A stretch of DNA of 64,000 nt, from assembly GCA_015487695.1 (NCBI GenBank), contig WFPF01000130.1, positions 19,079 to 83,078 on the forward strand, in the 5' to 3' direction. How positions within the stretch are numbered: position 1 is the first letter of the stretch; each line of letters opens with the position of its first letter. The DNA comes from Chitinophagales bacterium (lineage in GTDB: Bacteria; Bacteroidota; Bacteroidia; Chitinophagales; S012-47). Below are positions 9,325 through 18,630 of the stretch, one piece after another. The translations under genes and the position numbers were made by a program. The notes under the pieces were generated by a model. It saw only the letters and a list, made by a program, of their open reading frames with translations, was not told the origin of the DNA and did not search any database.

Positions 9325-10080
9325 ATGGCCCTACAAATATTTGAAAAAGAGCAACAAGCCAGAGGGGCATTCAATCAGGGAGAAATCCTGGAAAACAAAC
9401 CCATCGGCTTTCCACAGGATGGAGGCTCGCTAAGCCCTTACTCCAATCTCTTCTACTGGGCCCATGCCTATACGGGCGAAAAACAGAGCGAGATCGGCCT
9501 GCATCCGCACAAAGGTTTTGAAATACTTTCATTTGTGCTGCAGGGGAGCATTGAGCACTATGACACTCACTTCAAAGAATGGAAAAAACTCAATGCAGGC
9601 GATGTACAGATCATCCGGGCAGGCCGGGGCATTTCTCATGCCGAGCGACTCATGCCCGACACGCACATGTTTCAAATCTGGTTTGATCCGGGCCTGGAAA
9701 TATCATTGGGCAAAACTGCAAGTTACGATGACTACCCTGCGCAGTCTTTCAAGCGGCTAAAATTGGAAACACAAGAAACAATCGTTTACCGGCAAGGGGC
9801 TGAAGGCATCCAAATGGACAGTCCGGCCGGCATCAAAAAGCTGGAGCTGCAAGCCGGTCAACACATCCTGCCGATAAACAAATCCGAGGTCTGCTCGATA
9901 TACATTCTTGAAGGGCCGGCAAAACTGGATGGCCATGAGGCCCCAAAGGATGCCTTTGCCGTGGTCAGCGAACAGGGCGAATTAAAAATTGAAAACGAGT
10001 CGCCCGCAAGCCTCTTCATTATACAATCCCCCCTTACACTTCCCTACCAAACGTACCGTGAAATTTTTAAATCCAATTAA
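9325..10080 (+). CDS. pirin-family (cupin) protein
   Basis: GLHPHKGFEILSFVLQGSIEH and IIRAGRGISHAE match the pirin/YhhW metal-binding cupin motifs. Start taken at MALQIF (ATG 9325) to match pirin N-termini. ORF-track start 9205 is probably too far upstream. Confidence 0.75.
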   Translation: MALQIFEKEQQARGAFNQGEILENKPIGFPQDGGSLSPYSNLFYWAHAYTGEKQSEIGLHPHKGFEILSFVLQGSIEHYDTHFKEWKKLNAGDVQIIRAGRGISHAERLMPDTHMFQIWFDPGLEISLGKTASYDDYPAQSFKRLKLETQETIVYRQGAEGIQMDSPAGIKKLELQAGQHILPINKSEVCSIYILEGPAKLDGHEAPKDAFAVVSEQGELKIENESPASLFIIQSPLTLPYQTYREIFKSN

Positions 10081-10102
10081 TTAATCTAAAAAACAAGAAA
10101 CT

Positions 10103-10480
10103 ATGGACACATTAACAAAAAAAGGCGGAAGAATCATTTTTGGAATTCCGTTTTTGGTTTTCGGAATGTTGCATCTTATGAATGCATCAGACATGGCGGG
10201 AATGATCAAAAACCTGCCGGCAGCAGAATTTTTAGTTTACCTCTCCGGAACAGGACTTGTGTTGGGTGGCATTGCCATTATCATAAACAAATACAGCTAT
10301 CTGGCGGCACTTTTACTGGCGCTTGAATTGTTGCTGTTCATCCTGCTTATTCATCTCCCGGGATTGATGAATGCACCTGATGATATGGCCATGCAAATGG
10401 CCATGTCCAACTTTCTCAAAGATTTCGGGCTGATGGGCGGAGCCCTTGTGATTGCGGGAGTCAGCAAGAAAAGCAACTAG
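10103..10480 (+). CDS. DoxX-family membrane protein
   Basis: 125 aa with four hydrophobic segments and a GIPFLVFGMLHL-type N-terminus typical of DoxX-like proteins. Confidence 0.65.
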   Translation: MDTLTKKGGRIIFGIPFLVFGMLHLMNASDMAGMIKNLPAAEFLVYLSGTGLVLGGIAIIINKYSYLAALLLALELLLFILLIHLPGLMNAPDDMAMQMAMSNFLKDFGLMGGALVIAGVSKKSN

Positions 10481-10500
10481 CTTTGACAATGGCAGGACAT

Positions 10501-10532
10501 AAAAAAGGCGGGACATGATATCCCGCCTTTTT
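10501..10532. terminator. bidirectional rho-independent terminator between convergent genes
   Basis: A6, then stem GGCGGGA (10507-10513), 7-nt loop, stem TCCCGCC (10521-10527), then T5. Confidence 0.6.
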
Positions 10533-10564
10533 GTCACCTATGAAAACGTAACTTTTTCTCTTTT

Positions 10565-10933
10565 TTATGCCGTGGCCCATTGCATTTTCAGCAGGCCCAT
10601 TTCCTCTCCGAGATAATCTATCATCTTGAGCATCTTTTCATACTCCAAATGATCAATATGTTTGTGCTCCAGCCCGACCATCAACCAGAGTTTGGCTTCG
10701 GCCAGTGCCGTGGAAGCATCATCCAGATGCTCCTCAAATGCCCCGGGCCTTTTCCTCCTGCACCATCCTTCGGCAATTCGAACACTGCTCATCTGGACTG
10801 CATTGATAAGGCCCTGCCTCACCGGCTGGCCACTGTCACCTTTGATCTTCGACACCAGCTCGTAGCTATTCATTAAAAGGTGAAATGCAATCTTGTAGAT
10901 TTTCAAATTGCGATATGTATTCGTTTTTTTCAT
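10565..10933 (-). CDS. four-helix-bundle protein (23S rRNA intervening-sequence / Avd-like family)
   Basis: YKIAFHLLMNSYELV..., VQMSSVRIAEGWCRR and ALAEAKLWLMVG fit the TIGR02436-type pattern (iaEG..r, then a helical tail). Confidence 0.8.
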   Translation of the reverse strand: MKKTNTYRNLKIYKIAFHLLMNSYELVSKIKGDSGQPVRQGLINAVQMSSVRIAEGWCRRKRPGAFEEHLDDASTALAEAKLWLMVGLEHKHIDHLEYEKMLKMIDYLGEEMGLLKMQWATA

Positions 10934-11025
10934 TTTCGGCTTCGTTTCAGGTATTTGTACAGGCTACTTATACCGCATCGAAGCAGAAAGGTTACCATTT
11001 TTCAATATTATTTTACGAAAGGTCT

Positions 11026-12039
11026 TCAGGCATAGAGGCGGGCAATTGCTTCTGCCGTTTGGCGTATATCATCGGCCAGCTCGCGAGGTTCCAGCACCCG
11101 CACTTCATCACCGGCTGCAAGAACAGCCATTTTGAACTCATGTGTAGGAAGCAGAAAGAAACGAACGATACTGCGGTCTTTCTCTTCTTTGACAAGCTCT
11201 TGCGAGTGATGCCAGGGGAGGGTTTTTACATAATCCCTTGACTTACCCCGGAACTCCAGCAGGACATCCGTGGCGCGGCCTTCCGTCACCGTGATGCCCA
11301 TGACATTGCGAAAATAACTTTCCGGATCGAAGTCGATTTTTCTGCGAAACGGATGCGCTTCCGGATCAAGCAGCTCCATATCCTGAATCCGGTCAAGCGC
11401 CAGCGTATAGATAAACTCCCTTTTATCATGCATCCCCACCAGATACCATCTATTGCGGTATTCCTTGAGCAGATAGGGATGCATAAAATGAGTTTTCATT
11501 TTCTCGGCATCAAAACGCAAATAGTCGATGCGTACCACTTTTCGCTCGCGGATGGCCTGAATCAGGGGCGTGAGCCAGTTGACCCCTTCCTGGCGGGGCA
11601 CCTGCTCCATGAGAATAAAGTTTTCCTCGCCCGTATCCAGTACATCGCCCAGGTTCACTGCATCCACAATGCGATCAATGGCATTGGCATAGCGGCTGAA
11701 AACAGGATGGTCGCTAAACTGCTGCAGGACAACGGTCGACAGCTTGATGGCATCAAGATCATCCTCTGACAGGGCTACGTGTGCTATCGAGTAATTCTCA
11801 TCCTCATAATAGTATCCCTGCTTCTCGCGGTGATAGGCAATGGGTGCCAGGTAGCCCAGCTGTTCGTCCCTGCGCATGGCCTTCAGGTCCTTCTCGATGG
11901 TGCTTTCACTTACTTCCACGCCCATCTTTTCACTCACGTAGTCACGCAGCTCTTCCTTGCTTGGATAGGCTTTGTATTTTTTCCGGAGTCGTTTATCAAT
12001 GAGCCGGTATCGAATGAGCGAGTTTTTATTGACGGGCAT
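11026..12039 (-). CDS. WYL-domain transcriptional regulator (N-terminal HTH + WYL)
   Basis: N-terminal HTH-like LIRYRLIDKRL...STIEKDLKAMR. WYL motif YRNRWYLVG. Confidence 0.85.
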   Translation of the reverse strand: MPVNKNSLIRYRLIDKRLRKKYKAYPSKEELRDYVSEKMGVEVSESTIEKDLKAMRRDEQLGYLAPIAYHREKQGYYYEDENYSIAHVALSEDDLDAIKLSTVVLQQFSDHPVFSRYANAIDRIVDAVNLGDVLDTGEENFILMEQVPRQEGVNWLTPLIQAIRERKVVRIDYLRFDAEKMKTHFMHPYLLKEYRNRWYLVGMHDKREFIYTLALDRIQDMELLDPEAHPFRRKIDFDPESYFRNVMGITVTEGRATDVLLEFRGKSRDYVKTLPWHHSQELVKEEKDRSIVRFFLLPTHEFKMAVLAAGDEVRVLEPRELADDIRQTAEAIARLYA

Positions 12040-12144
12040 GGGCCATTTTCTTTCTCAAATAAAGTTACGAACTGTTGCACTGGAATTTAAGCACGGGCCG
12101 CAATGAAAAGAACTCTCAAAGCCATGTCTTAATTTCGTTGACAG

Positions 12145-14259
12145 ATGTCCGGCCTGCAATCCAAACTCGATACTTCCATTGAATTCCTGAAAGGAGTGGG
12201 TCCTTTCAGGGCCGATATATTGAAGAAGGAACTTGAGCTCTTCACCTTTGGCGATTTACTCTATCATTTTCCGTTTCGTTATGTCGATCGCAGCCGTTTT
12301 TATAAGGTCAAAGAGCTCCGATCCGAAGACCAGATGGTACAGCTCAGGGGCAGGATTGATCGCTTTGAATTGTTGGGCAGCGGACGGCAGCAGCGCCTGA
12401 AGGCCGTATTCAGCGATGAGAGCGGGCGTCTTGAACTCATTTGGTTTAAAGGGGCATCGTGGGTGCAGAAGTCCATTGAACCCGGCAGGGAGTATATCAT
12501 CTTTGGCAAGATCAACCGCTACAAAGGGAAGCTAAACATGCCGCACCCCGAGGTGGCAGCGCTCACGGGCAAGGAGAAAGCCGAAGGCCGTCTGCAGCCC
12601 ATCTACTCGACCACTGAGAAATGCCGCAGCAAAGGACTAGACAGCCGCGGCATTGAAAAATTGCTCAAAACCCTGCTTGAGGAACTCAGTCCTGCCGATA
12701 TCCCCGAAACCCTGCCGGAATACCTGCTGAAAAAATACCGGCTGCTCAATCGCTGGGATGCCTTGCAGCTCATCCACCGCCCTCTTCGCGCGGCCGATCA
12801 TTTGGCTGCCATCCGCAGGTTGAAATTCGAGGAGCTCTTTTTCCATCAGCTGAAAATTCTACGCCTCAAAAACCGCAGAAACCTGGAGACAAAAGGATAT
12901 GTCTTCGACCGGGCACTGCCGCTTTTTACACGTTTCTACAAGGAAGTGATTCCCTTCGAACTGACAGGCGCTCAAAAGCGGGTTCTGAAAGAAATCAGAA
13001 AAGACACCCTGAGCGGCCACCAGATGAACCGCCTGCTGCAGGGAGATGTGGGCAGCGGAAAAACGATGGTGGCTTTCATGGCCATGCTCATGGCCATCGA
13101 CAACAGCTATCAGGCCTGCCTCATGGCCCCGACCGAAATTCTCGCTACGCAGCATTTTCATGCCATAAAAAAGTATGCCGGCCCCCTCGGCCTTGGGGTT
13201 GAACTGCTGACCGGATCGAGCAAAGCCGCCCAGCGAAAAAAACTGCTGGAGGCCCTGCGGCAAGGAGAAATACAGATACTCATAGGCACCCACGCACTCA
13301 TTGAAGATCCGGTGATCTTCAAAAACCTCGGCATGGTTGTGATTGATGAGCAGCACCGCTTCGGTGTGGCACAGCGGGCCCGGCTCTGGGAGAAAAGTGC
13401 CAAAAATCCACCCCATGTGCTGGTGATGACGGCCACTCCCATCCCCAGAACCCTGGCCATGACCGTTTTCGGGGATCTGGATGTATCGGTCATTGACGAA
13501 TTGCCTCCGGGCCGGAAGCCCGTAACAACGGTACACATGACCGACAGCGACCGATTGCGGATTTTCGGCTTTATGAAAAAAGAAATCAGCGCAGGCAGAC
13601 AGGTCTATGTGGTCTATCCGCTGATCAGCGAATCGGAAAAGCTGGACTACAAAGACCTTGAAGACGGATATGAAAGCATTTGCCGGGCCTTTCCGAAACC
13701 CGAATATCAGGTCAGCATTGTGCACGGTCGAATGAAAGCAGAAGACAAGGAATGGGAAATGCAGCGCTTTGTGCGGGGCGAAAGTCAGATCATGGTGGCT
13801 ACCACCGTGATAGAAGTGGGGGTAGACGTACCCAATGCCAGCGTTATGGTTATTGAAAGTGCCGAACGTTTTGGCCTGGCACAACTGCATCAGTTGAGGG
13901 GTCGAGTGGGACGCGGAGCCGATAAAAGCTATTGCATCCTCGTGAGCAAACACAAACTAAGCAGCGATGCCCGCCTTCGAATAAAAACCATGACCAGCAG
14001 CAATGACGGCTTCCACATTGCCCAGGTAGATATGGAACTCCGCGGCCCCGGGGCCTTCGACAGCACCCGGCAGAGCGGCCATGTACAGTTTCGCATTGCC
14101 GATATCCAAAAAGACATGCCCATACTGCTGGAAGCGCGGAAATCAGCGGCAGCCATTATGAAGAATGATCCCCTCCTGGAGAAAGAGGAACACCGGGTTC
14201 TGAGAAAAGCAATAATTTCAAAAAGAAGCGGGTTCAATGAGTGGGCGCGGATATTGTAG
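12145..14259 (+). CDS. recG: ATP-dependent DNA helicase RecG
   Basis: 704 aa. Wedge/OB N-terminus, Walker A GDVGSGKT, DEQH box (VVIDEQHRFGV), QLHQLRGRVGRG motif VI. Confidence 0.95.
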   Translation: MSGLQSKLDTSIEFLKGVGPFRADILKKELELFTFGDLLYHFPFRYVDRSRFYKVKELRSEDQMVQLRGRIDRFELLGSGRQQRLKAVFSDESGRLELIWFKGASWVQKSIEPGREYIIFGKINRYKGKLNMPHPEVAALTGKEKAEGRLQPIYSTTEKCRSKGLDSRGIEKLLKTLLEELSPADIPETLPEYLLKKYRLLNRWDALQLIHRPLRAADHLAAIRRLKFEELFFHQLKILRLKNRRNLETKGYVFDRALPLFTRFYKEVIPFELTGAQKRVLKEIRKDTLSGHQMNRLLQGDVGSGKTMVAFMAMLMAIDNSYQACLMAPTEILATQHFHAIKKYAGPLGLGVELLTGSSKAAQRKKLLEALRQGEIQILIGTHALIEDPVIFKNLGMVVIDEQHRFGVAQRARLWEKSAKNPPHVLVMTATPIPRTLAMTVFGDLDVSVIDELPPGRKPVTTVHMTDSDRLRIFGFMKKEISAGRQVYVVYPLISESEKLDYKDLEDGYESICRAFPKPEYQVSIVHGRMKAEDKEWEMQRFVRGESQIMVATTVIEVGVDVPNASVMVIESAERFGLAQLHQLRGRVGRGADKSYCILVSKHKLSSDARLRIKTMTSSNDGFHIAQVDMELRGPGAFDSTRQSGHVQFRIADIQKDMPILLEARKSAAAIMKNDPLLEKEEHRVLRKAIISKRSGFNEWARIL

Positions 14260-14285
14260 ATTTGTAGAATCCAAAACCTAGCCTT

Positions 14286-14711
14286 ATGAAAGTCAACTTA
14301 AAGAGCGTACTGCTCAGCTGGATCACCTATACCCTTTTGCTCACCCTGGCTCTGCTGCTCAACCGCAGCATTTATTTCAATGATTTCAACCTGAAGATTC
14401 TGGACGCATCCACCCTCTTCAACCTCTGGGTGCAGATCGTTTTGCTCACCTTTACGGGCTTCATCATTTACATCTTTTTCAAATTCCTGATGGGGGACAT
14501 GCTTCGCAGAAAGCCGAAAAGGAAAATCTTCCTGATTCTCATTTTTTATGTGCTGATGGTATCCAGTTATCTCATCACCTTTTCCTTGGCCTATAAAGAA
14601 CTGCCACAACAGGTCATGATTGATGCGCCTCTGATGACAGCGGTGGTAAGCATTCTGATGGGAAGCATTCCCTATTTCCGTAAAAATATATTTGACCTCA
14701 GTGAATGGTAA
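14286..14711 (+). CDS. hypothetical polytopic membrane protein
   Basis: 141 aa with about 4 hydrophobic helices. No family recognised. Confidence 0.55.
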   Translation: MKVNLKSVLLSWITYTLLLTLALLLNRSIYFNDFNLKILDASTLFNLWVQIVLLTFTGFIIYIFFKFLMGDMLRRKPKRKIFLILIFYVLMVSSYLITFSLAYKELPQQVMIDAPLMTAVVSILMGSIPYFRKNIFDLSEW

Positions 14712-14713
14712 TT

Positions 14714-14884
14714 TCAGGCCGATTCCAGGCGCTTAAGCAGATTGAGAAGGGTTTTGCGCTGACTGGGAGAAAGGTCGGGGTTTTCGAGCAGTGAGCGGAT
14801 GCGTTGCACAGAGAGGGCATTAAAACCAGGCTTTTCTTTTAGCGAGGCTTCCTTTTTCCCGGTCTTTTTTGAAGATTCAGTCAT
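14714..14884 (-). CDS. possible small basic protein (56 aa), below the ORF-track cutoff
   Basis: ATG at 14884-14882 (reverse complement of cat) to TGA at 14716-14714. Translation MTESSKKTGKKEASLKEKPGFNALSVQRIRSLLENPDLSPSQRKTLLNLLKRLESA. Sits just downstream of the HPt gene terminator. No homology evidence. Confidence 0.3.
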   Translation of the reverse strand: MTESSKKTGKKEASLKEKPGFNALSVQRIRSLLENPDLSPSQRKTLLNLLKRLESA

Positions 14885-14982
14885 TGCAAGGCTTGTTTAA
14901 CTTTAAAGATATATGCTTCTGCCCCTCCGTAAAGCCCCGGCTATTCGGGAATAAATGTGGAAAAGTGCCAAAGGTGCACATT

Positions 14983-15020
14983 AAAAAAGAAATGCCGCGC
15001 ACAATTATTGTGTCAACGGC
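14983..15020 (-). terminator. rho-independent terminator downstream of the HPt gene
   Basis: Read on the minus strand: GCCG..CACAAT/ATTGTG..CGGC hairpin (14994-15020) followed by a T-rich run (complement of 14983-14992). Confidence 0.5.
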
Positions 15021-15054
15021 ATCTCGTAAATCTTCTGGCAGTTGAAAGTAAATC

Positions 15055-15459
15055 TCAGGCAGCAAGGGCCGTATTGGCGATTTCCTCGTAAACGCGGTCG
15101 ACAATCACCGCAAGCAATGCCAGCTTTTCACTTATCTCTTCTCGGTTTCCGCTATTCTTGGCCCGGTATTCAATATCATTGACCAAGTCGTAGAGGCGGC
15201 TGTTGCCCAAAATACTGACACTTGATTTGAATTTATGGGCTACACCACTAAGGCCCGTGAAGTTCCCCGCTTTCAGCAGCTCCTTCATCTCCTGCACCTG
15301 CTCGTTGGCTGTTGCTGTAAACATGCCAAGAATTTCAGCGATAAAATCAAGATCATTGCCGCTCAACTCACGCAGTGAGTCCAGGTCTATAATTTTCCCG
15401 TCTTTAAAGAAAATTTCGAGATTGCCTGTGGATTGAATATTGTTTTCTTGTATTTGCAT
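15055..15459 (-). CDS. stand-alone HPt (histidine phosphotransfer) domain protein
   Basis: LRELSGNDLDFIAEILGMF... and the phospho-His context GVAHKFKSSVSILG. Start taken at MQIQENN (ATG 15459). Confidence 0.8.
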   Translation of the reverse strand: MQIQENNIQSTGNLEIFFKDGKIIDLDSLRELSGNDLDFIAEILGMFTATANEQVQEMKELLKAGNFTGLSGVAHKFKSSVSILGNSRLYDLVNDIEYRAKNSGNREEISEKLALLAVIVDRVYEEIANTALAA

Positions 15460-15593
15460 AATGACCCGTTTTAATCGTATGCACAGTTGTACGAAAGACA
15501 CCAATGAAAGTTTTCTTTATTTGCATTTTTTTTAAAAGCCCCGGCAAATAACTTAGTTTTACTTCCCAGGCAATCAAAATAAACTCTCCCATT

Positions 15594-16769
15594 ATGAGCG
15601 CTAGTGCAATAAAGATCTTTGTGGTCGAAGACGAGATCATGTTTGGAAAAATGCTGCAAAAAGGCCTGGAAACAGAAAATCCGGACTACGATATCAGTGT
15701 TTTTACCACAGGAAAAGAATTTCTTGACAATCTGCACCAAAATCCGCACATCGTAACACTCGACTACAACCTGCCGGACATCACCGGTCTGGAATTGTTG
15801 CAGGAAATAAAAAAATACAACCCGGACATCTCGGTGATTGTGCTCTCCGGACAGGAGAAAGTGGATGTAGTAGTGAATGCCTACGACCTGGGTGCCGATC
15901 GCTATATCGTGAAAAATGAAAAGGCCATCGTGGAGGTCGTTAAAAGTGTAAATAGCTACAGCGAAAAAGTAGCCCTGAAAAATGAAGTGGAACGCCTTCG
16001 GTCCATGCTTATTGACCGCAGCAGATACGACAACCTGCTGGGCGAAAGCAAGGCCATCATGAAAGTGCTGAACCTTATACAAAAGGTCGAAAACAACAAA
16101 ATTTTAGTACTCATCACGGGCGAGAGCGGCACCGGAAAGGATGTAGTCGCACAGACCATCCACTACAACTCCCCGCGAAGAAGAAAGAATTTTGTAGCTG
16201 TCAATGTAGCAGCCATACCCGAAGACCTGATCGAAAGCGAACTTTTCGGTCATGAAAAAGGGGCCTTCACGGGAGCCATCGGAAAAAGAATCGGGAAATT
16301 TGAAGAGGCCAATGGCGGCACCATCTTTCTGGATGAGATAGGCGAGCTGGACATCGGGCTCCAGGCCAAGCTGCTGCGGGTATTGCAGGACAATAAAATA
16401 TCGCGCCTCGGAAGCAACAAAGAAATACAGCTCGACATCCGGGTGGTGGTTGCCACCAACCGCGACCTGATGGAACTGGTCAAAGAAGGGAAGTTTCGCG
16501 AAGACCTTTATTACCGGCTCCAGGGATTCCGCATTCACCTCCCACCGCTCCGCGAGCGCGACAACGATGTGATTATCCTTGCCAAGCATTTTCTGGCTCA
16601 GTTTTGCAAAGCCAACAAGATGCCTCCCAAGACCTTGTCAAAAGGAGCCATTGCGGCATTGATGGCACACGACTGGCCGGGCAATGTCAGAGAACTTAAA
16701 TCCACGATTGAGCGGGCCGTTCTCATCTCTGATTCGGATGTGGTTACGGAAGATGATATTATGATCTGA
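15594..16769 (+). CDS. sigma-54-dependent response regulator (REC + AAA+ activator) lacking a C-terminal HTH
   Basis: REC domain (VVEDE..., TLDYNLPD). Walker A GESGTGKD. Sigma-54 contact loop GAFTGA. The protein ends about 20 aa after the AAA+ lid (RELKSTIERAVLISD...). Confidence 0.9.
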   Translation: MSASAIKIFVVEDEIMFGKMLQKGLETENPDYDISVFTTGKEFLDNLHQNPHIVTLDYNLPDITGLELLQEIKKYNPDISVIVLSGQEKVDVVVNAYDLGADRYIVKNEKAIVEVVKSVNSYSEKVALKNEVERLRSMLIDRSRYDNLLGESKAIMKVLNLIQKVENNKILVLITGESGTGKDVVAQTIHYNSPRRRKNFVAVNVAAIPEDLIESELFGHEKGAFTGAIGKRIGKFEEANGGTIFLDEIGELDIGLQAKLLRVLQDNKISRLGSNKEIQLDIRVVVATNRDLMELVKEGKFREDLYYRLQGFRIHLPPLRERDNDVIILAKHFLAQFCKANKMPPKTLSKGAIAALMAHDWPGNVRELKSTIERAVLISDSDVVTEDDIMI

Positions 16770-16786
16770 TCACGTATGAAAGGCAT

Positions 16787-17509
16787 CTAAAAGCGGGCCA
16801 TCTCCTGCTTGCCACCGCGGCCCTGCCGATAAAATGCCTGCAGGTATTTGCTCTTTTGGCTCGTGCCAAAAAACATGGAAAATCTCAACGCCCCAAAGAG
16901 ATCGGAAAGAGACCCTCCGGTCTGTCCGGATATACTCTTTGTTGCCGGGAGCTCCTTTGAGAATCTTTTATTAAATCCCGTTTCGAAGCCCAGCAGCGAC
17001 CTCTTGCCAAGGAGAAACTTGACCCCGGCTCCTGTCGGAATACTAAAACTCCAGCTACCTGCAGTGGCGCCCCCCATCGTGGCGGCTTCCAGCGGCTTTT
17101 CCGCACTGCTGCCCCTGGCTCTCCATACTTTCTCGTCTCTCATCTGCAATTGATGGTACGAAATTCCGGAACCGATAAAGAGATAAGGAGTGAAGCGATT
17201 GTAGAGCGGATTCAGCTCCATGAAATTCAGTTCTGCCACTACGGACAACTCAAGCATCCGCTTCCTGACAGGCAGCTCCTCGTTTCCACTGTTTACAGCA
17301 TAGCGCAAACCGCTCCGCAAACTTAGATTTTCGCTCAGGGTACGCGAGAAGAAGACCCCCATGCTTTGACTCAGCTCCCGGTAGGGCTGCCTTGCATCTA
17401 TTTGCCCGGCCTTTGAAAACATTCCTCCAATGACTCCCGCTTCGTATCTCTGCGACCAGAGGGGCAGGATGCTGATCAGGGCAAAAAGAAGCAGTAAATA
17501 CTTTTTCAT
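16787..17509 (-). CDS. outer-membrane beta-barrel protein (DUF6089-like)
   Basis: Signal peptide MKKYLLLLFALISILPLWSQ, alternating beta-strand pattern, C-terminal aromatic residue (..MARF). Confidence 0.7.
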   Translation of the reverse strand: MKKYLLLLFALISILPLWSQRYEAGVIGGMFSKAGQIDARQPYRELSQSMGVFFSRTLSENLSLRSGLRYAVNSGNEELPVRKRMLELSVVAELNFMELNPLYNRFTPYLFIGSGISYHQLQMRDEKVWRARGSSAEKPLEAATMGGATAGSWSFSIPTGAGVKFLLGKRSLLGFETGFNKRFSKELPATKSISGQTGGSLSDLFGALRFSMFFGTSQKSKYLQAFYRQGRGGKQEMARF

Positions 17510-17580
17510 GAATGGCTGTTTGTCCCGATAAATACGAGCGCACCCGCTATTTGTTGCAAACTGTCAAGTCTGCCCGAATG

Positions 17581-17609
17581 AAAAATCCCCGTTCAGTGGA
17601 TGAACGGGG
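17581..17609 (-). terminator. rho-independent terminator after gene 17635..18492
   Basis: Perfect 9-bp stem CCCCGTTCA / TGAACGGGG (17587-17595 and 17601-17609) with a 5-nt loop. T5 follows on the minus strand (A5 at 17581-17585). Confidence 0.6.
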
Positions 17610-17634
17610 ACAGCCCTATGATGAGTTCTCTTAT

Positions 17635-18492
17635 TTACCAGTTGACCGGACAGCCTTCTTTTGCACCGCTGCCACTCATCGGAACACCGATGGTGTAGGT
17701 AAAAGTAAAGCCGGCAATGACATACCAGTCTTTTATGTCGGGGTTTCCCCGGGAGTCATTGTTGCCAAAATCAATCGGCCGGTCGCGGCCCGCCAGTTCT
17801 CCCGTGCGATTGGAAAGGCGATATGAAAGTTCTCCGTTTTCGAGGATCAGGATATTCGGATCCACATACGTAGTGCTGATATCATCCAGATAATCGGTAA
17901 AGGTCATGCGAACACCCAGTTCCGCACTGAGGGTAAGGCCGCTTCCGAGTCCGAACTTCGTTCCCAGGCCGAAGGGAACAGCTGCCTGATAAAGGCTGTA
18001 AGGCTTCCTGTCGGGAAAGGCCGTGGTGCCCTGCCCTTCGGTTCCGAGCGGTTGCAGCTTGATCCACTCACCCTGATACAGCGCCATGGGGTTGTGATAA
18101 AACCCTGCCACACCGACAAAGAGGTAAGGCGAAAATTTCTTCATCTCCACATCGTAACCCGGCACATTAATCTCGGCAATCAGGGATGCCTCCACTATAT
18201 TTGAGCGAAAGCTCAGATTGCGCTCTTGCAAGGCAGGGTCGCTCCAGTTCTCATCCGTTCCGGAAATATAGGCCGAGGTAATTCCGAATCGAAGGGACAG
18301 GAAATTATTCGGACTGTAGCGCAGGAGTCCTCCCACTGCCGGCCGCGATTCGCTGAGCACAATGCCATAGTCGGGGGTCAGCTCTCCTGAATAATTGGAG
18401 ACACCCCCCAGGAGGCCCAACTCCACCCGTTGAGCCATGCCCAGGCCCGGCAGCATAAGTAAAATGCCTATTAAAATTGATTGTATTTTCAT
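17635..18492 (-). CDS. DUF6089-family outer-membrane beta-barrel protein
   Basis: Signal peptide MKIQSILIGILLMLPGLGMAQ, then VELGLLGGVSNYSGEL, characteristic of this Bacteroidota family. Confidence 0.8.
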   Translation of the reverse strand: MKIQSILIGILLMLPGLGMAQRVELGLLGGVSNYSGELTPDYGIVLSESRPAVGGLLRYSPNNFLSLRFGITSAYISGTDENWSDPALQERNLSFRSNIVEASLIAEINVPGYDVEMKKFSPYLFVGVAGFYHNPMALYQGEWIKLQPLGTEGQGTTAFPDRKPYSLYQAAVPFGLGTKFGLGSGLTLSAELGVRMTFTDYLDDISTTYVDPNILILENGELSYRLSNRTGELAGRDRPIDFGNNDSRGNPDIKDWYVIAGFTFTYTIGVPMSGSGAKEGCPVNW

Positions 18493-18630
18493 TTTGTATG
18501 AATTTGCGAAACCAAAAATATAAAAATCAAGGCTTTAAACATACCCAAAACCCGCTGCAGAGGCAGTTTTGGAAAATATCCTTTTCCTTATGTCTAAAAT
18601 ACCTTAATATTATTTGCCAAAATCAGCACT

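Noticed and set aside
10565-10933. Four-helix-bundle gene as a marker of a diversity-generating retroelement
   Set aside because: No reverse transcriptase gene and no template/variable repeat pair are visible anywhere in the window.
12098-12104. CCGCAAT half-site upstream of recG as a shared operator with the uvrB dyad
   Set aside because: It is a single 7-mer with no partner half-site. About 8 such matches are expected by chance in 64 kb on both strands.
12859-13953. 364-aa ORF antisense to recG
   Set aside because: The sense frame carries unmistakable RecG helicase motifs. The antisense product is H/F/G-rich with no family features.
14877-15104. 75-aa minus-strand ORF
   Set aside because: It overlaps the HPt gene 3' end and its terminator hairpin, and it has no coding character.
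16848-17153. 101-aa plus-strand ORF and similar ORFs inside the OM barrel genes
   Set aside because: They are antisense to genes with clear signal peptides and barrel periodicity.
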